DNA from: Vicinamibacterales bacterium
Lineage (GTDB): Bacteria; Acidobacteriota; Vicinamibacteria; Vicinamibacterales; UBA8438
Assembly (NCBI GenBank): GCA_965214845.1
Contig: CBDCCO010000007.1
Span: 1,137,030 to 1,201,029, forward strand
Direction of reading: 5' to 3'
DNA length: 64,000 nt
Below the pieces are notes generated by a model, which was not told where the DNA came from, did not search any database, and saw only the letters and a list, made by a program, of their open reading frames with translations. The position numbers and the translations under genes were made by a program. Shown piece after piece: positions 46,397 through 53,779 of the stretch. How positions within the stretch are numbered: position 1 is the first letter of the stretch; the number at the start of each line of letters is the position of its first letter.

Positions 46397-46412
46397 CTTG
46401 ACGCGTGTCAAG
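46397..46412. promoter_or_regulatory. candidate operator CTTGACGCGTGTCAAG overlapping a TTGACA -35-like box
   Basis: Inverted repeat CTTGAC-GCGT-GTCAAG, ~40-55 nt upstream of the ATG at 46357 on the minus strand. Confidence 0.35.
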
Positions 46413-46545
46413 CCCTTCCGCCAAGAAAAGCAGATCAGGAGTGGGGCTGCTTGACTTTCGCCTGATAAGGCGAGTACAGCCTGTCGATTTCCTGAACGAG
46501 AGTGGCGGTCGGATGATCAGGTTGCCGAACAGCGATTCTGGCAGC

Positions 46546-47857
46546 TAAGGATTCTCGCCAAAATAAATTAACCGTTCAGGTCGGATCTGGGTAGCAGGCT
46601 GTAGTTCCACTCACCATGAAACGCGTCGCGTTTGATGGACAGCCTGTCCATCTGGTCGTCCGTGACCTCCCGACCGGTTGGATAGTCGGCCTCGTCCAAC
46701 TCCGACCGGATGGCCAAACCGCCCTGCGTAGTCGTACCGCCGATCAGGTTCACCACCACCTCGTGACTCACCAGCGGCCGGCCCCGCCAGTTCTCCGTGA
46801 TGTGGCAGAACATCCGGTGCTCGATCTTGTTCCACTTGCTGGTCCCCGGCGGAAAGTGGCACACCGAGATCCGTAACCCCAGCGCGTCGGCCAGCTTCTG
46901 CAACTCGAACTTCCACAGCCGGCTGCGGCTGCTGTTCGAACCGCCCCCGTCGGCGGTGAGCAGCAATCGCGTGGCCGACGGATACGCCTGACGCCCCATT
47001 TGCAGCCACCAGCGCCGAACCGTCTCCACGGCGAACTCCGCCGTGTCGTGGTCAACGCCCACGCTCACCCAACCCGTGTTCGCCGTCAGGTCGTAGACCC
47101 CGTAGGGGATCGCCTTGCCGAGTTCCCGATCGATGAAGTCATGGACCTTCACTTCCTCGGGCTGGCCCTTCGGACGCCATTCCCGGCCGCCGTTGCGGTA
47201 TCGGCCGACCAACTCCTTCTTCTTCGTGTCGATCGAGGCGACCGGCTGGCCCAAGCGTTGAAACGCCCGCACGCGACGGGCGATGCGCCGGAATTGCGCA
47301 TCCCGATCCGGATGCTGGCGGCCTTCGAGCGTCTTGCGATTGGCCTGCAAGCTATAGCCCAATTCGTGCAGCAGCCGGTTCACCGTGCGCTCGCTGACCC
47401 GATGGCCTTCAGCCCCCAATTGCTCCGCCAAGCGCGCCGCGCTGCTGCATGTCCAGCGCAGAGGTCCCTGCGGGTCGCCCCGGGTGAACGGGTCGAGCAG
47501 ATGCTCCAACGCCTTGACCAGACCCGGGTCGCGTTCCGCCGCCGCCTTGCGGCCACCGCCCGGGGCACGAATCCGCGCACCGCCCGCCCGCGGCACCGGC
47601 GGCGTGGCCGAATCCAGTTCCCTCACGCCGGCCCGCACCGTGCCGCGCGACAGCCCGGTCGCCTCGGCAACCCGCGTAATTCCGCCGCGGCCAATGGCGC
47701 GGGCTTCCGCCGCGGCCCACAGGCGTCGCGTGCGTTCGTCCAACAGCGGCCCCAACACGTTGAACTTTCCTTGCACCGCTTGCGTTACGGCGTTCATGAC
47801 GCCGAGCATAGCAGAGCGGCCGGCATAACGGGCAAGTTATTCTGGCGGGAGTCCTAA
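46546..47857 (-). mobile_element. ISAzo13-family insertion sequence
   Basis: Imperfect terminal inverted repeats: TAAGGATTCTCGCCAAAATAA.. at 46546 versus the reverse complement of ..TTATTCTGGCGGGAGTCCTAA ending at 47857, about 20 of 26 positions matching. It has a single transposase ORF. Confidence 0.7.
46568..47809 (-). CDS. ISAzo13-family (Rhodopirellula-type DDE) transposase
   Basis: 413 aa: ...LRWTCSSAARLAEQLGAEGHRVSERTVNRLLHELGYSLQANRKT...SIDTKKKELVG...LLLTADGGGSNSSRSRLWKFELQKLADALGLRISVCHFPPGTSKWNKIEHRMF... Confidence 0.85.
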   Translation of the reverse strand: MLGVMNAVTQAVQGKFNVLGPLLDERTRRLWAAAEARAIGRGGITRVAEATGLSRGTVRAGVRELDSATPPVPRAGGARIRAPGGGRKAAAERDPGLVKALEHLLDPFTRGDPQGPLRWTCSSAARLAEQLGAEGHRVSERTVNRLLHELGYSLQANRKTLEGRQHPDRDAQFRRIARRVRAFQRLGQPVASIDTKKKELVGRYRNGGREWRPKGQPEEVKVHDFIDRELGKAIPYGVYDLTANTGWVSVGVDHDTAEFAVETVRRWWLQMGRQAYPSATRLLLTADGGGSNSSRSRLWKFELQKLADALGLRISVCHFPPGTSKWNKIEHRMFCHITENWRGRPLVSHEVVVNLIGGTTTQGGLAIRSELDEADYPTGREVTDDQMDRLSIKRDAFHGEWNYSLLPRSDLNG

Positions 47858-47896
47858 CGATCACGCCGACCCTGTGTTTCACGGCCCGCGGCGTCA

Positions 47897-47912
47897 GCCC
47901 AACGCGTTGGGC
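47897..47912. promoter_or_regulatory. GCCCAACGCGTTGGGC palindrome
   Basis: 16-nt perfect palindrome that overlaps the last codons (PNALG) and the stop of macrodomain copy B. Confidence 0.45.
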
Positions 47913-47967
47913 CGGCGGCAGAGCGTCCAGCTGATCCTGGGGCGCCGGGCGGCGGCCTCGAGGACCA

Positions 47968-48167
47968 GCGGCAGAACGCTGGCGGCGCCCCTGCCGCCGA
48001 GGCCGCACCCGAGCGGGGGTACCGCTACCTCGCTGATGCCGTGGCGCAGGCACGCCGGGCCGATGGCGCGGCAGGACGCTGGCGGCGCCCCTGCCGCCGA
48101 GGCCGTAGCCGAGCGGGGGCACCGCCCCCTCGCTGATGCCGCGGCGCAGGCACGCGGGGCCGATGGC
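47968..48167. repeat. 2 x 100-bp tandem duplication inside macrodomain gene B
   Basis: The units at 47968-48067 and 48068-48167 both begin GCGGCAG[A/G]ACGCTGGCGGCGCCCCTGCCGCCGAGGCCG.. 100 is not a multiple of 3, so the duplication shifts the frame. Confidence 0.85.
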
Positions 48168-48480
48168 GGCGATGGTCGCCTCGACCAGCTCGGGCGGCGA
48201 GGGATCGCGCCGGCGGCTGGTCGGCGCCAGCAGCACCCAGCCATCGGCCCGGCGCCAGAGGGCGGCCGTTCCCTCGCCGAGCTCCTCCGAGCGCAGCATC
48301 GTCCGGCGTCCGGCAGGCCGGCACGATCGCCGGCCAGCGGCGGGCGGCTTCGAGAGGGGAAGAGCCCCGGCGCGCGGGTCTCCGGGACGATGCGGCCCGA
48401 CGGCCTGCTGCCCGCCCGGATGGCTGGGCCGCAGACCCCTGCAACCTGCCGCCGGACGGATCGGCCAATCCACCTGCAAC

Positions 48481-48856
48481 AGGGCGCGCCCGGCCCGAGA
48501 TCGCTCCCATCCATGCACCTGGGACACGACGGGTCCCGGACTGCATAATTATTTTCAGACTGCATAAGCATGAAAGTGGTTACCCCAAAAATTTGGGGTT
48601 ACCCTTTTCGCCTGCAAGCCGATGGGAATCAGCAGAACTCGTTCTTCAGCAACAAATTGCGGACAGAAAAACGACTTTCGCCCCTGAGGGCCAAAAAGCC
48701 GTCCAATTCTGCTTGCCGGGCCCGGCAAGCAGAAAACCGCTCTATTCACTAACCGGCTGAACGACCGAGGCGGGCCCCCAGGGTGGGCCCCCTCCGAGGG
48801 CCCCCGGCCGGCCGGGATCCGGCCAAGACTCCGCCAGACGGCCGGCGGCCGATCCC
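48481..48856. repeat. right copy of the ~370-bp inverted repeat (AT-rich core 48521-48748)
   Basis: Reverse complement of 8518-8881. It lies between macrodomain gene B (reading leftward) and macrodomain fragment C (reading rightward). Confidence 0.9.
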
Positions 48857-48929
48857 TGCGGCTGGCCGACCGGCCATGAGGCGCCGGCACGCAGGCGGAG
48901 CACCGGCGAGAAAGGAACGGAGGAGCGCG

Positions 48930-49052
48930 ATGGAGAACGTCCGGCTGAGCGACGGTGACATTCTCGAGGCGGGGGCGCCGTGCGTCCCGGTGAACCTGGC
49001 CGGCGCCATGGGACGCGGCCTCGCGGGGGCGGCGCGCTGCGTCTCGCCGGGC
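48930..49052 (+). pseudogene. macrodomain gene fragment C (N-terminal ~40 codons only)
   Basis: GGAGGAG RBS and then the ATG at 48930. MENVRLSDGDILEAGAPCVPVNLAGAMGRGLAGAARCVSPGL matches the GDLL..ALVNxVNxxGVMGKGIA N-terminal macrodomain block. The similarity ends where the helicase gene 3' end begins. Confidence 0.5.
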
Positions 49053-51159
49053 CTAGCGCGCGGCGGCGGCGTAGCCCGGCTCGGTCCGCCCCGCGCCGTG
49101 GGGCCCCAGTGGCCGCTCCCGCGCCGTGGCCCCGGCCGGCGCCGGTGCGGCGTGCGGCTCTGGCGGCTCGGTGCGCTCGATCAGCCGGTCGGGAATGGAC
49201 TCGATGAAGGGCGAGCGCTCCACGCGCTTGAGCCTGGCGCCGTGGGCGATCCGCAAGGGCGCCGTCAGGTGCAGCTCCCTGCGCGCCCGGGTCATGCCGA
49301 CGTAGGCTAGGCGGCGCTCCTCCTCGATGGCCGCCGCCGGGGTCGCCGGCCTCCGACACCGTGCGGTGGTGCGGCAGCCGCTCGGCGTCGAAGCCGGCGA
49401 GGATCACCGTGTCGAACTCGAGCCCCTTGGCCGCGTGTAGTGTGGACAGGGTGACCGGCTCGCGGCCCGCGCCGGCCTCGCGCGCGCCGTGCGCGGCCTC
49501 GCGGAGCTGCCTGCAGCGTTCGACGAACCCGGCGCTCACCTGGCGCGGGTCCTCGCGCCCGGCGCCGGCCGCCCCGCGCCCCTCGCGCGCGAACTCGCGC
49601 GCGTCGCGCACCAGCTCGTCGATGTTCTCGATCCGCTCGATCTGGCGCTTGTCGTCGCCCTTGCGCAGCGCGTCGCGGTAGCCGGTCAGCCTCTGCGCCC
49701 GGACGATGACGTCGGCCGGACCCAGGCCCTGCCAGCCCTCCAGCGTCCGGATTTTCTCGAGCCGGCGGGCCGCCGCCGCCGCGTCCCTCGGGCTCAGCGA
49801 GCCGTCGCCGAGGGCCGCCGCGACCCGCTCGCGGCAGGGCGCCGAGGATGGACCGGCACGGTCAATGCGGTCGAGCCCGGCTGCGCTGACCCGCTCGCCG
49901 GGCGGCATCGCCAGGAAGCGCCGCGCAGCGGCGCCGGCCCCGCCGCCCCCGGCCGCGATCTCGACGCAGGCCAGCATGTCCCGGATCTCCGGCCGCTCGT
50001 AGAACGATTCGCCGCCGGCGATCCGGTACGGGACCGACGCGTTCCTGAACGCCGACTCCATCGCGCACGCCTGCGCGTTCGTCCGGTAGAGCACCGCGAC
50101 CGGCCCGCCGCCGGCCGTCTGCCGCCGGCGGGCGGCCTCGGCGGCGTAGTGGGCCTCGCCGGCCGGGTCCGCCGCCAGGTGCAGGCGCACTGGGCCGCCG
50201 GCGTCGCGGGTCGTCTCGATGGCGCGGTCGATGCGCGCCGTGTTCGGCTCGATGACCGCCCGGGCCGCCTCGAGGATGTTCCCCGTCGAGCGGTACGTCA
50301 GGTTCAGGTCGATGCGCCGCGCGCCCTCGAAGTCGTCCTCGAAGCGCATGATGTTCTCGATGCTCGCCCCGCGCCACTCGTAGATCGCCTGGTCGGGGTC
50401 GCCGACCGCGAACACGTTGCCGCGCTCGGCGGTCAGCTGCCGGATGAGCACGTACTGCGGCAGGTTCGTGTCCTGGTACTCGTCGACCAGCAGGTGCGGG
50501 TGCTCCCGCTCGCCGGCCGCGGCCACGTCCCTGTGCTCGTGCAGCAGCCGGATGGTCCAGAGCATCATGTCGTCGAAGTCGAGCGTGTTGCGCTCGGCGA
50601 GCTTGTCCTGGTACCGTCCGGCTATCGCCGCCGTCTCGGCGGCCTGCCCGCCCGCCCCCCACTGTTTCGGGTCGTCGGGGCTCTCGAGCCTGTTCTTGAT
50701 CCCGCTGATGCGGTGCAGCACGGCGTTCGCGCCGAGCGGCCCGCCGCGGCCGCGGACCTCGCGCGCGGCCTCGCGCAGCAGCGCCTGCCGCTCGCCCGCC
50801 TGCGCCACGGCGAAGTCCGGCGGGATGCCGACGCGCGCGCCGTCCCGGCGCAGGATGCGGCCGCACAGGCGGTGGAAGGTCGAGACCCAGACGCCGTTGC
50901 CGTGGAGCGGCCCGAGCATCTCGCGCACGCGCCCGGCCATCTCGCCGGCTGCCTTGCGCGTGAAGGTGATGGCCGCGATGCGGGCGGGGTCGATGCCGCG
51001 GCTGCGCACCAGGTGGGCGATCCGCGCACAGATCACCCGGGTCTTGCCCGAGCCGGGCCCGGCCAGCACCAGGGTCGGCCCGTCGGGGGCCGAGGCGGCC
51101 TCGCGCTGGCGGTCGTTGAGCCCCTCGAGAGGCGGCCTTTCCCAGGCGCAGCCGTCCAT
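49053..51159 (-). pseudogene. UvrD/Rep/PcrA-family helicase with an apparent 1-nt frameshift near 49,325-49,345
   Basis: LNDRQREAASAPDGPTLVLAGPGSGKTRV (Walker A), LLVDEYQDTN, VGDPDQAIYEWRGA, TLHAAKGLEFD. The C-terminal motif, (A)AAIEEERRLAYVGMTRARRELHLT...SPFI, is in another frame (ORF 49053..49295). The total length of 2107 nt is not a multiple of 3. This could also be a sequencing error. Confidence 0.7.
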
Positions 51160-51275
51160 TGCCTGCGGTGCGGGCTAGCGCTCGCGGCCACGGTCGCGGT
51201 TGCGCGAGTCGCGAGGCTGCTGCCTGCCGGCCGGGTCCGGCCCCGGATTCGGCTCCGGTGCGTCGGGCGGGCTGC
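51115..51275. repeat. ~160-bp direct repeat, copy 1 (helicase start plus upstream gene tail)
   Basis: GTTGAGCCCCTCGAG.GGCGGCC..TCCCAGGCG..GCCGTCCAT.GCCTGCGGTGCGGGCTAGCG... aligns with 53265-53420 at roughly 80% identity with one 12-nt indel. Confidence 0.8.
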
Positions 51276-52287
51276 CGGGCCGGAGCGAGATGGCGTCGGG
51301 CGCTCTGGCGGGCTCCTCTGCCTGGTCGCCGATCTCGACCATCTTGCCGAGCCCGGCGCTGCTGCGCGCCTCGTTCAGGCGTCGCTCCGGCGTCCCGTCG
51401 TCGCTGTCGAACGCCACGCCGGTCCACCTCTTCTTGCTGAGTGCGTCGAGGCTTGCTTCCAGTCCTCGCCGACGCAGCGTGCTGTTCGCGGCGATGTAGG
51501 CGCCGATACCGGATTGAGTCAGTGCGGCGTGTGCCTGTTCCCGCTGGTAGGTCTCGGTCCGCGTTCCGCCCGCGGGGCTCGTCGTCTCGATCGCGATGCC
51601 GATGTCGGTCGTCCGGATTCGCACGTGCCTGTAGCGGTGGTTCCACGCAGCGTCGGCTGCCGCGTCTCCCATGCCGTCCAGGTATTTCTCGTAATGTGGC
51701 GGCACCCCTCGCAGCGTTGTCTTCGCGTCCTCGACCATTTCGTCGTTCATGGTCAAGAGGTTGTGACAGATGGTTCGTCTCTTGGCCTCGTCGAGGCTGT
51801 TGACTGCGATCTCGAGCGCACGGGGGTCTTCTTCGGCGGCCACTGCCATGTCGAAGGCGTCGCGTGTCACGCCGCGGTCGGTACGGTAGAACTTTCCCCG
51901 CAGGATCTGCGCGTTGTCGAGGACCACCTCGGAACGTCCTTCGACGTCGGTTCGGCTTTCGAGCCCTGGCAGCTGTGGCGGGATTGCCGCAACGTCGAGC
52001 TTGCCGTTCTTGAGTACGACGATCAGCCGCTCGCGGGTGCTGCCCTCATGTTTTCCCCCCGTGGCTGCTGCCAGGTCCAGTGGTCCGCCCTTGCCAGCGT
52101 CGGCGACGTTGTCGCGGTCCGGCAGAAGGATGTCGATATCGGTGCTTTCGCGGTGGTGCCACCGTGAAGCGAGCACGGATCCGCCGCCCAGCATCGTGCG
52201 GCTCTCGCCGCCTGACGCCGTGGCGATTCGGTCGATGGCCTTGCGGTGCTGCTTCCACAGCGTGCGCGCTGGTTCCGGCAGGGTCAT
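51175..52287 (-). CDS. AbiEii/DUF1814-like nucleotidyltransferase (putative toxin), copy 2
   Basis: The ATG at 52287 overlaps the upstream stop (ATGA). MTLPEPARTLWKQHRKAIDRIATASGGESRTMLGGGSVLASRWHHRESTDIDILLP...NAQILRGKFYRTDRGVTRDAFDMAVAAEEDP... The C-terminal ~25 aa (PEPNPGPDPAGRQQPRDSRNRDRGRER) are homologous to the tail of 53325..53756. Confidence 0.65.
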   Translation of the reverse strand: MTLPEPARTLWKQHRKAIDRIATASGGESRTMLGGGSVLASRWHHRESTDIDILLPDRDNVADAGKGGPLDLAAATGGKHEGSTRERLIVVLKNGKLDVAAIPPQLPGLESRTDVEGRSEVVLDNAQILRGKFYRTDRGVTRDAFDMAVAAEEDPRALEIAVNSLDEAKRRTICHNLLTMNDEMVEDAKTTLRGVPPHYEKYLDGMGDAAADAAWNHRYRHVRIRTTDIGIAIETTSPAGGTRTETYQREQAHAALTQSGIGAYIAANSTLRRRGLEASLDALSKKRWTGVAFDSDDGTPERRLNEARSSAGLGKMVEIGDQAEEPARAPDAISLRPGSPPDAPEPNPGPDPAGRQQPRDSRNRDRGRER

Positions 52288-52748
52288 TGGTGTGGCTTCG
52301 CGTGCCGGTTGACGTAGTCGGCGAGCTCCGCGCTGTAGTGGTTGTTCTCGTGCATCGCCTGCGCCAGTTGCCGCCAGGTGTACGCCCCGTCGAGGTAGCC
52401 GAATGCGACCGTGTCGGTCGTCCCTTCGACGATCAGCACACGTACGATCGCCCGCTGGCGTGCGGTTCGCACCGGCGTGCGCATCGCCTCGTAGAACTCT
52501 CGTGCTGTCGGGCTCTGCGGCCACCCGCAGCACGCCCGGTTCAGCAGCCCCGCGATTGCTGCGCATTCGGGTCCGCGCCCGCTTGTCGGGAATCGCGGGT
52601 CGGGGTCGGCGTACGCGTCGCTGAACGCGTTGGGCGGCAGCACCGCCACCGGCTGCGTCAGTGCTCCCTCTTCGCGGCCCCGGCGCTTGAGCTCCGTTCG
52701 TATCCAGGCGTTTCGGTCGGTGGGCCCGGCGGCGTGACCACTTGGCAT
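52284..52748 (-). CDS. hypothetical small protein, CCGWP-motif family, copy 2
   Basis: I chose the ATG at 52748 (MPSGHAAGPTDRNAWIRTELKRRG...NRACCGWPQSPTAREFYEAMR...GAYTWRQLAQAMHEN). The ORF-track extension to 52961 is a read-through of the CRISPR-like repeats, visible as periodic RPAHA..MNP. Confidence 0.6.
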   Translation of the reverse strand: MPSGHAAGPTDRNAWIRTELKRRGREEGALTQPVAVLPPNAFSDAYADPDPRFPTSGRGPECAAIAGLLNRACCGWPQSPTAREFYEAMRTPVRTARQRAIVRVLIVEGTTDTVAFGYLDGAYTWRQLAQAMHENNHYSAELADYVNRHAKPHQ

Positions 52749-52780
52749 TTTCCGAGGATAGCAGTGTCTCACGAACGCGG

Positions 52781-52990
52781 GGTTCATCCCGGCCTGCGCG
52801 CGCCGGGCGGATCCGTACCGGTCGTGTCGCTCCGATCTGCGCTTCGTCCCCGCGTGCGCGGGGCGGATCTGTCGAGCCTGGAGCGATGACTGCGGGGCTG
52901 GGTTCATCGTCGCGTGCGCGGGGCGCACGAGTGGAACCTGACAGGTATTGACTGGGGACACGGCTCATTCCCGCCCGGGCGGGGTGGTCT
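52781..52990 (-). CRISPR. degenerate orphan type I-E-like CRISPR mini-array (4 repeats, 3 spacers)
   Basis: Plus-strand repeats: 52781 GGTTCATCCCGGCCTGCGCGCGCCGGGCGGATC (33 nt); 52841 GCTTCGTCCCCGCGTGCGCGGGGCGGATC; 52901 GGTTCATCGTCGCGTGCGCGGGGCGCACG; 52962 GGCTCATTCCCGCCCGGGCGGGGTGGTCT. The period is 60/60/61 nt and the spacers are 27/31/32 nt. The reverse complement of repeat 2, GATCCGCCCCGCGCACGCGGGGACGAAGC, resembles the I-E consensus. Confidence 0.6.
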
Positions 52991-53264
52991 CGATCCGGTG
53001 CCGTCCGTGCCGCGGGTGATGAACTTGGCGTGCACCCGGCCGCTCCTCTCCGAAGCGGAACAGTCGCGCGATTGCCCGCTCAATGGCGACTCAGTGGGCG
53101 AGACCTTGCGCTTCGGCCGTCTCGGTGTGCGTGTTCGCCTACCGCGCGATCTGGTTCAGTTTATTGCCGATGCGGGCGACCTGCCGGCTGCCGGGTGCAC
53201 TCGCGCTCGGTGCCGACCGCCTGCGCGGCACCGGCCCACTGCGTGGTTCGCTTGATGGGCGGTA

Positions 53265-53420
53265 GTTGAGCCCCTCGAGCGGCGGCCGCTCCCAGGCGTG
53301 GCCGTCCATCGCCTGCGGTGCGGGCTAGCGCCCGTGGCCGTGGTCATGGCCCCGGTCGCGGTTGCGCGGGTCGGGAGGGAGTTGCCTGCCGGCCCAATCC
53401 GGGCCGTTGTTCGGCTTTGG
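53265..53420. repeat. ~160-bp direct repeat, copy 2 (contains a 15-codon remnant of the helicase start at 53265-53309, minus strand)
   Basis: The remnant MDGHAWERPPLEGLN compares with the intact helicase N-terminus MDGCAWERPPLEGLN at 51159. The repeat also covers the 3' tail of 53325..53756. Confidence 0.8.
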
Positions 53421-53756
53421 ATCATCAGGCTGGCCGCCCTGCCGGAGGGGGACCTCGCGCGCGTTCCGCAGGGTCTCGGACGTCCCGGCCGCCGCCCGGG
53501 CCGCGCCCGAGCCGGCGGGTTCGCCGGGTCCGCCCGGCGCGTCCTGGCCGCCGCGGCCGAGTCGCCGGCCCAATGCGCCGAGGCCGGCGCCGATGGCGTC
53601 GTTGAGCGGGTTGCGGGCCTGGGCGGCGTTGCCCGTCATGATCCCGGTCGTCACCTGGGACTGCGTGTCCTCGATGGCGCTGGCCGTGCGCGACACCGCC
53701 GGGGCGGCCTTCGAGATCGCGCTGCCCGCTGCCGCGCGCAGCTCCTTGTTCGCCAT
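53325..53756 (-). CDS. hypothetical protein
   Basis: 143 aa: MANKELRAAAGSAISKAAPAVSRTASAIEDTQSQVTTGIMTGNAAQARNPLNDAIGAGLGALGRRLG.., with the tail ..PKPNNGPDWAGRQLPPDPRNRDRGHDHGHGR. Confidence 0.45.
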   Translation of the reverse strand: MANKELRAAAGSAISKAAPAVSRTASAIEDTQSQVTTGIMTGNAAQARNPLNDAIGAGLGALGRRLGRGGQDAPGGPGEPAGSGAARAAAGTSETLRNAREVPLRQGGQPDDPKPNNGPDWAGRQLPPDPRNRDRGHDHGHGR

Positions 53757-53779
53757 GGCTGATCCTCCTTGCGGTCTTC

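Larger units (their letters stand above)
47894..48527 (-). pseudogene. DarG/TARG1-like macrodomain gene B, frame-disrupted by a 100-bp internal tandem duplication
   Basis: First frame, from the GTG at 48527: ..GRALLQVDWP...LGEGTAALWRRADGWVLLAPTSRRRDPSPPELVEATIAAIGPACLRRGISEGAVPPLGYGLGGRGAASVLP. The second copy continues in another frame: AIGPACLRHGISEVAVPPLGCGLGGRGAASVLPLVLEAAARRPRISWTLCRRPNALG, ending at the stop at 47894. Confidence 0.65.

Noticed and set aside
48481-48546. VPGAWMGAISGRA peptide (frame of ORF 48025..48546) as the macrodomain GVMGKGIA motif
   Set aside because: It lies ~55 residues too far from the next conserved block and is in a different frame from the contiguous macrodomain-like reading (GTG 48527 frame). 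It is probably a chance resemblance.
52749-52961. N-terminal extension of ORF 52284..52961 (MSPVNTCQVPLVRPAHATMNP...)
   Set aside because: The periodic RPAHA/MNP peptide is the translation of the I-E-like repeats. The paralog at 463..912 has no such extension. I therefore moved the start to 52748.
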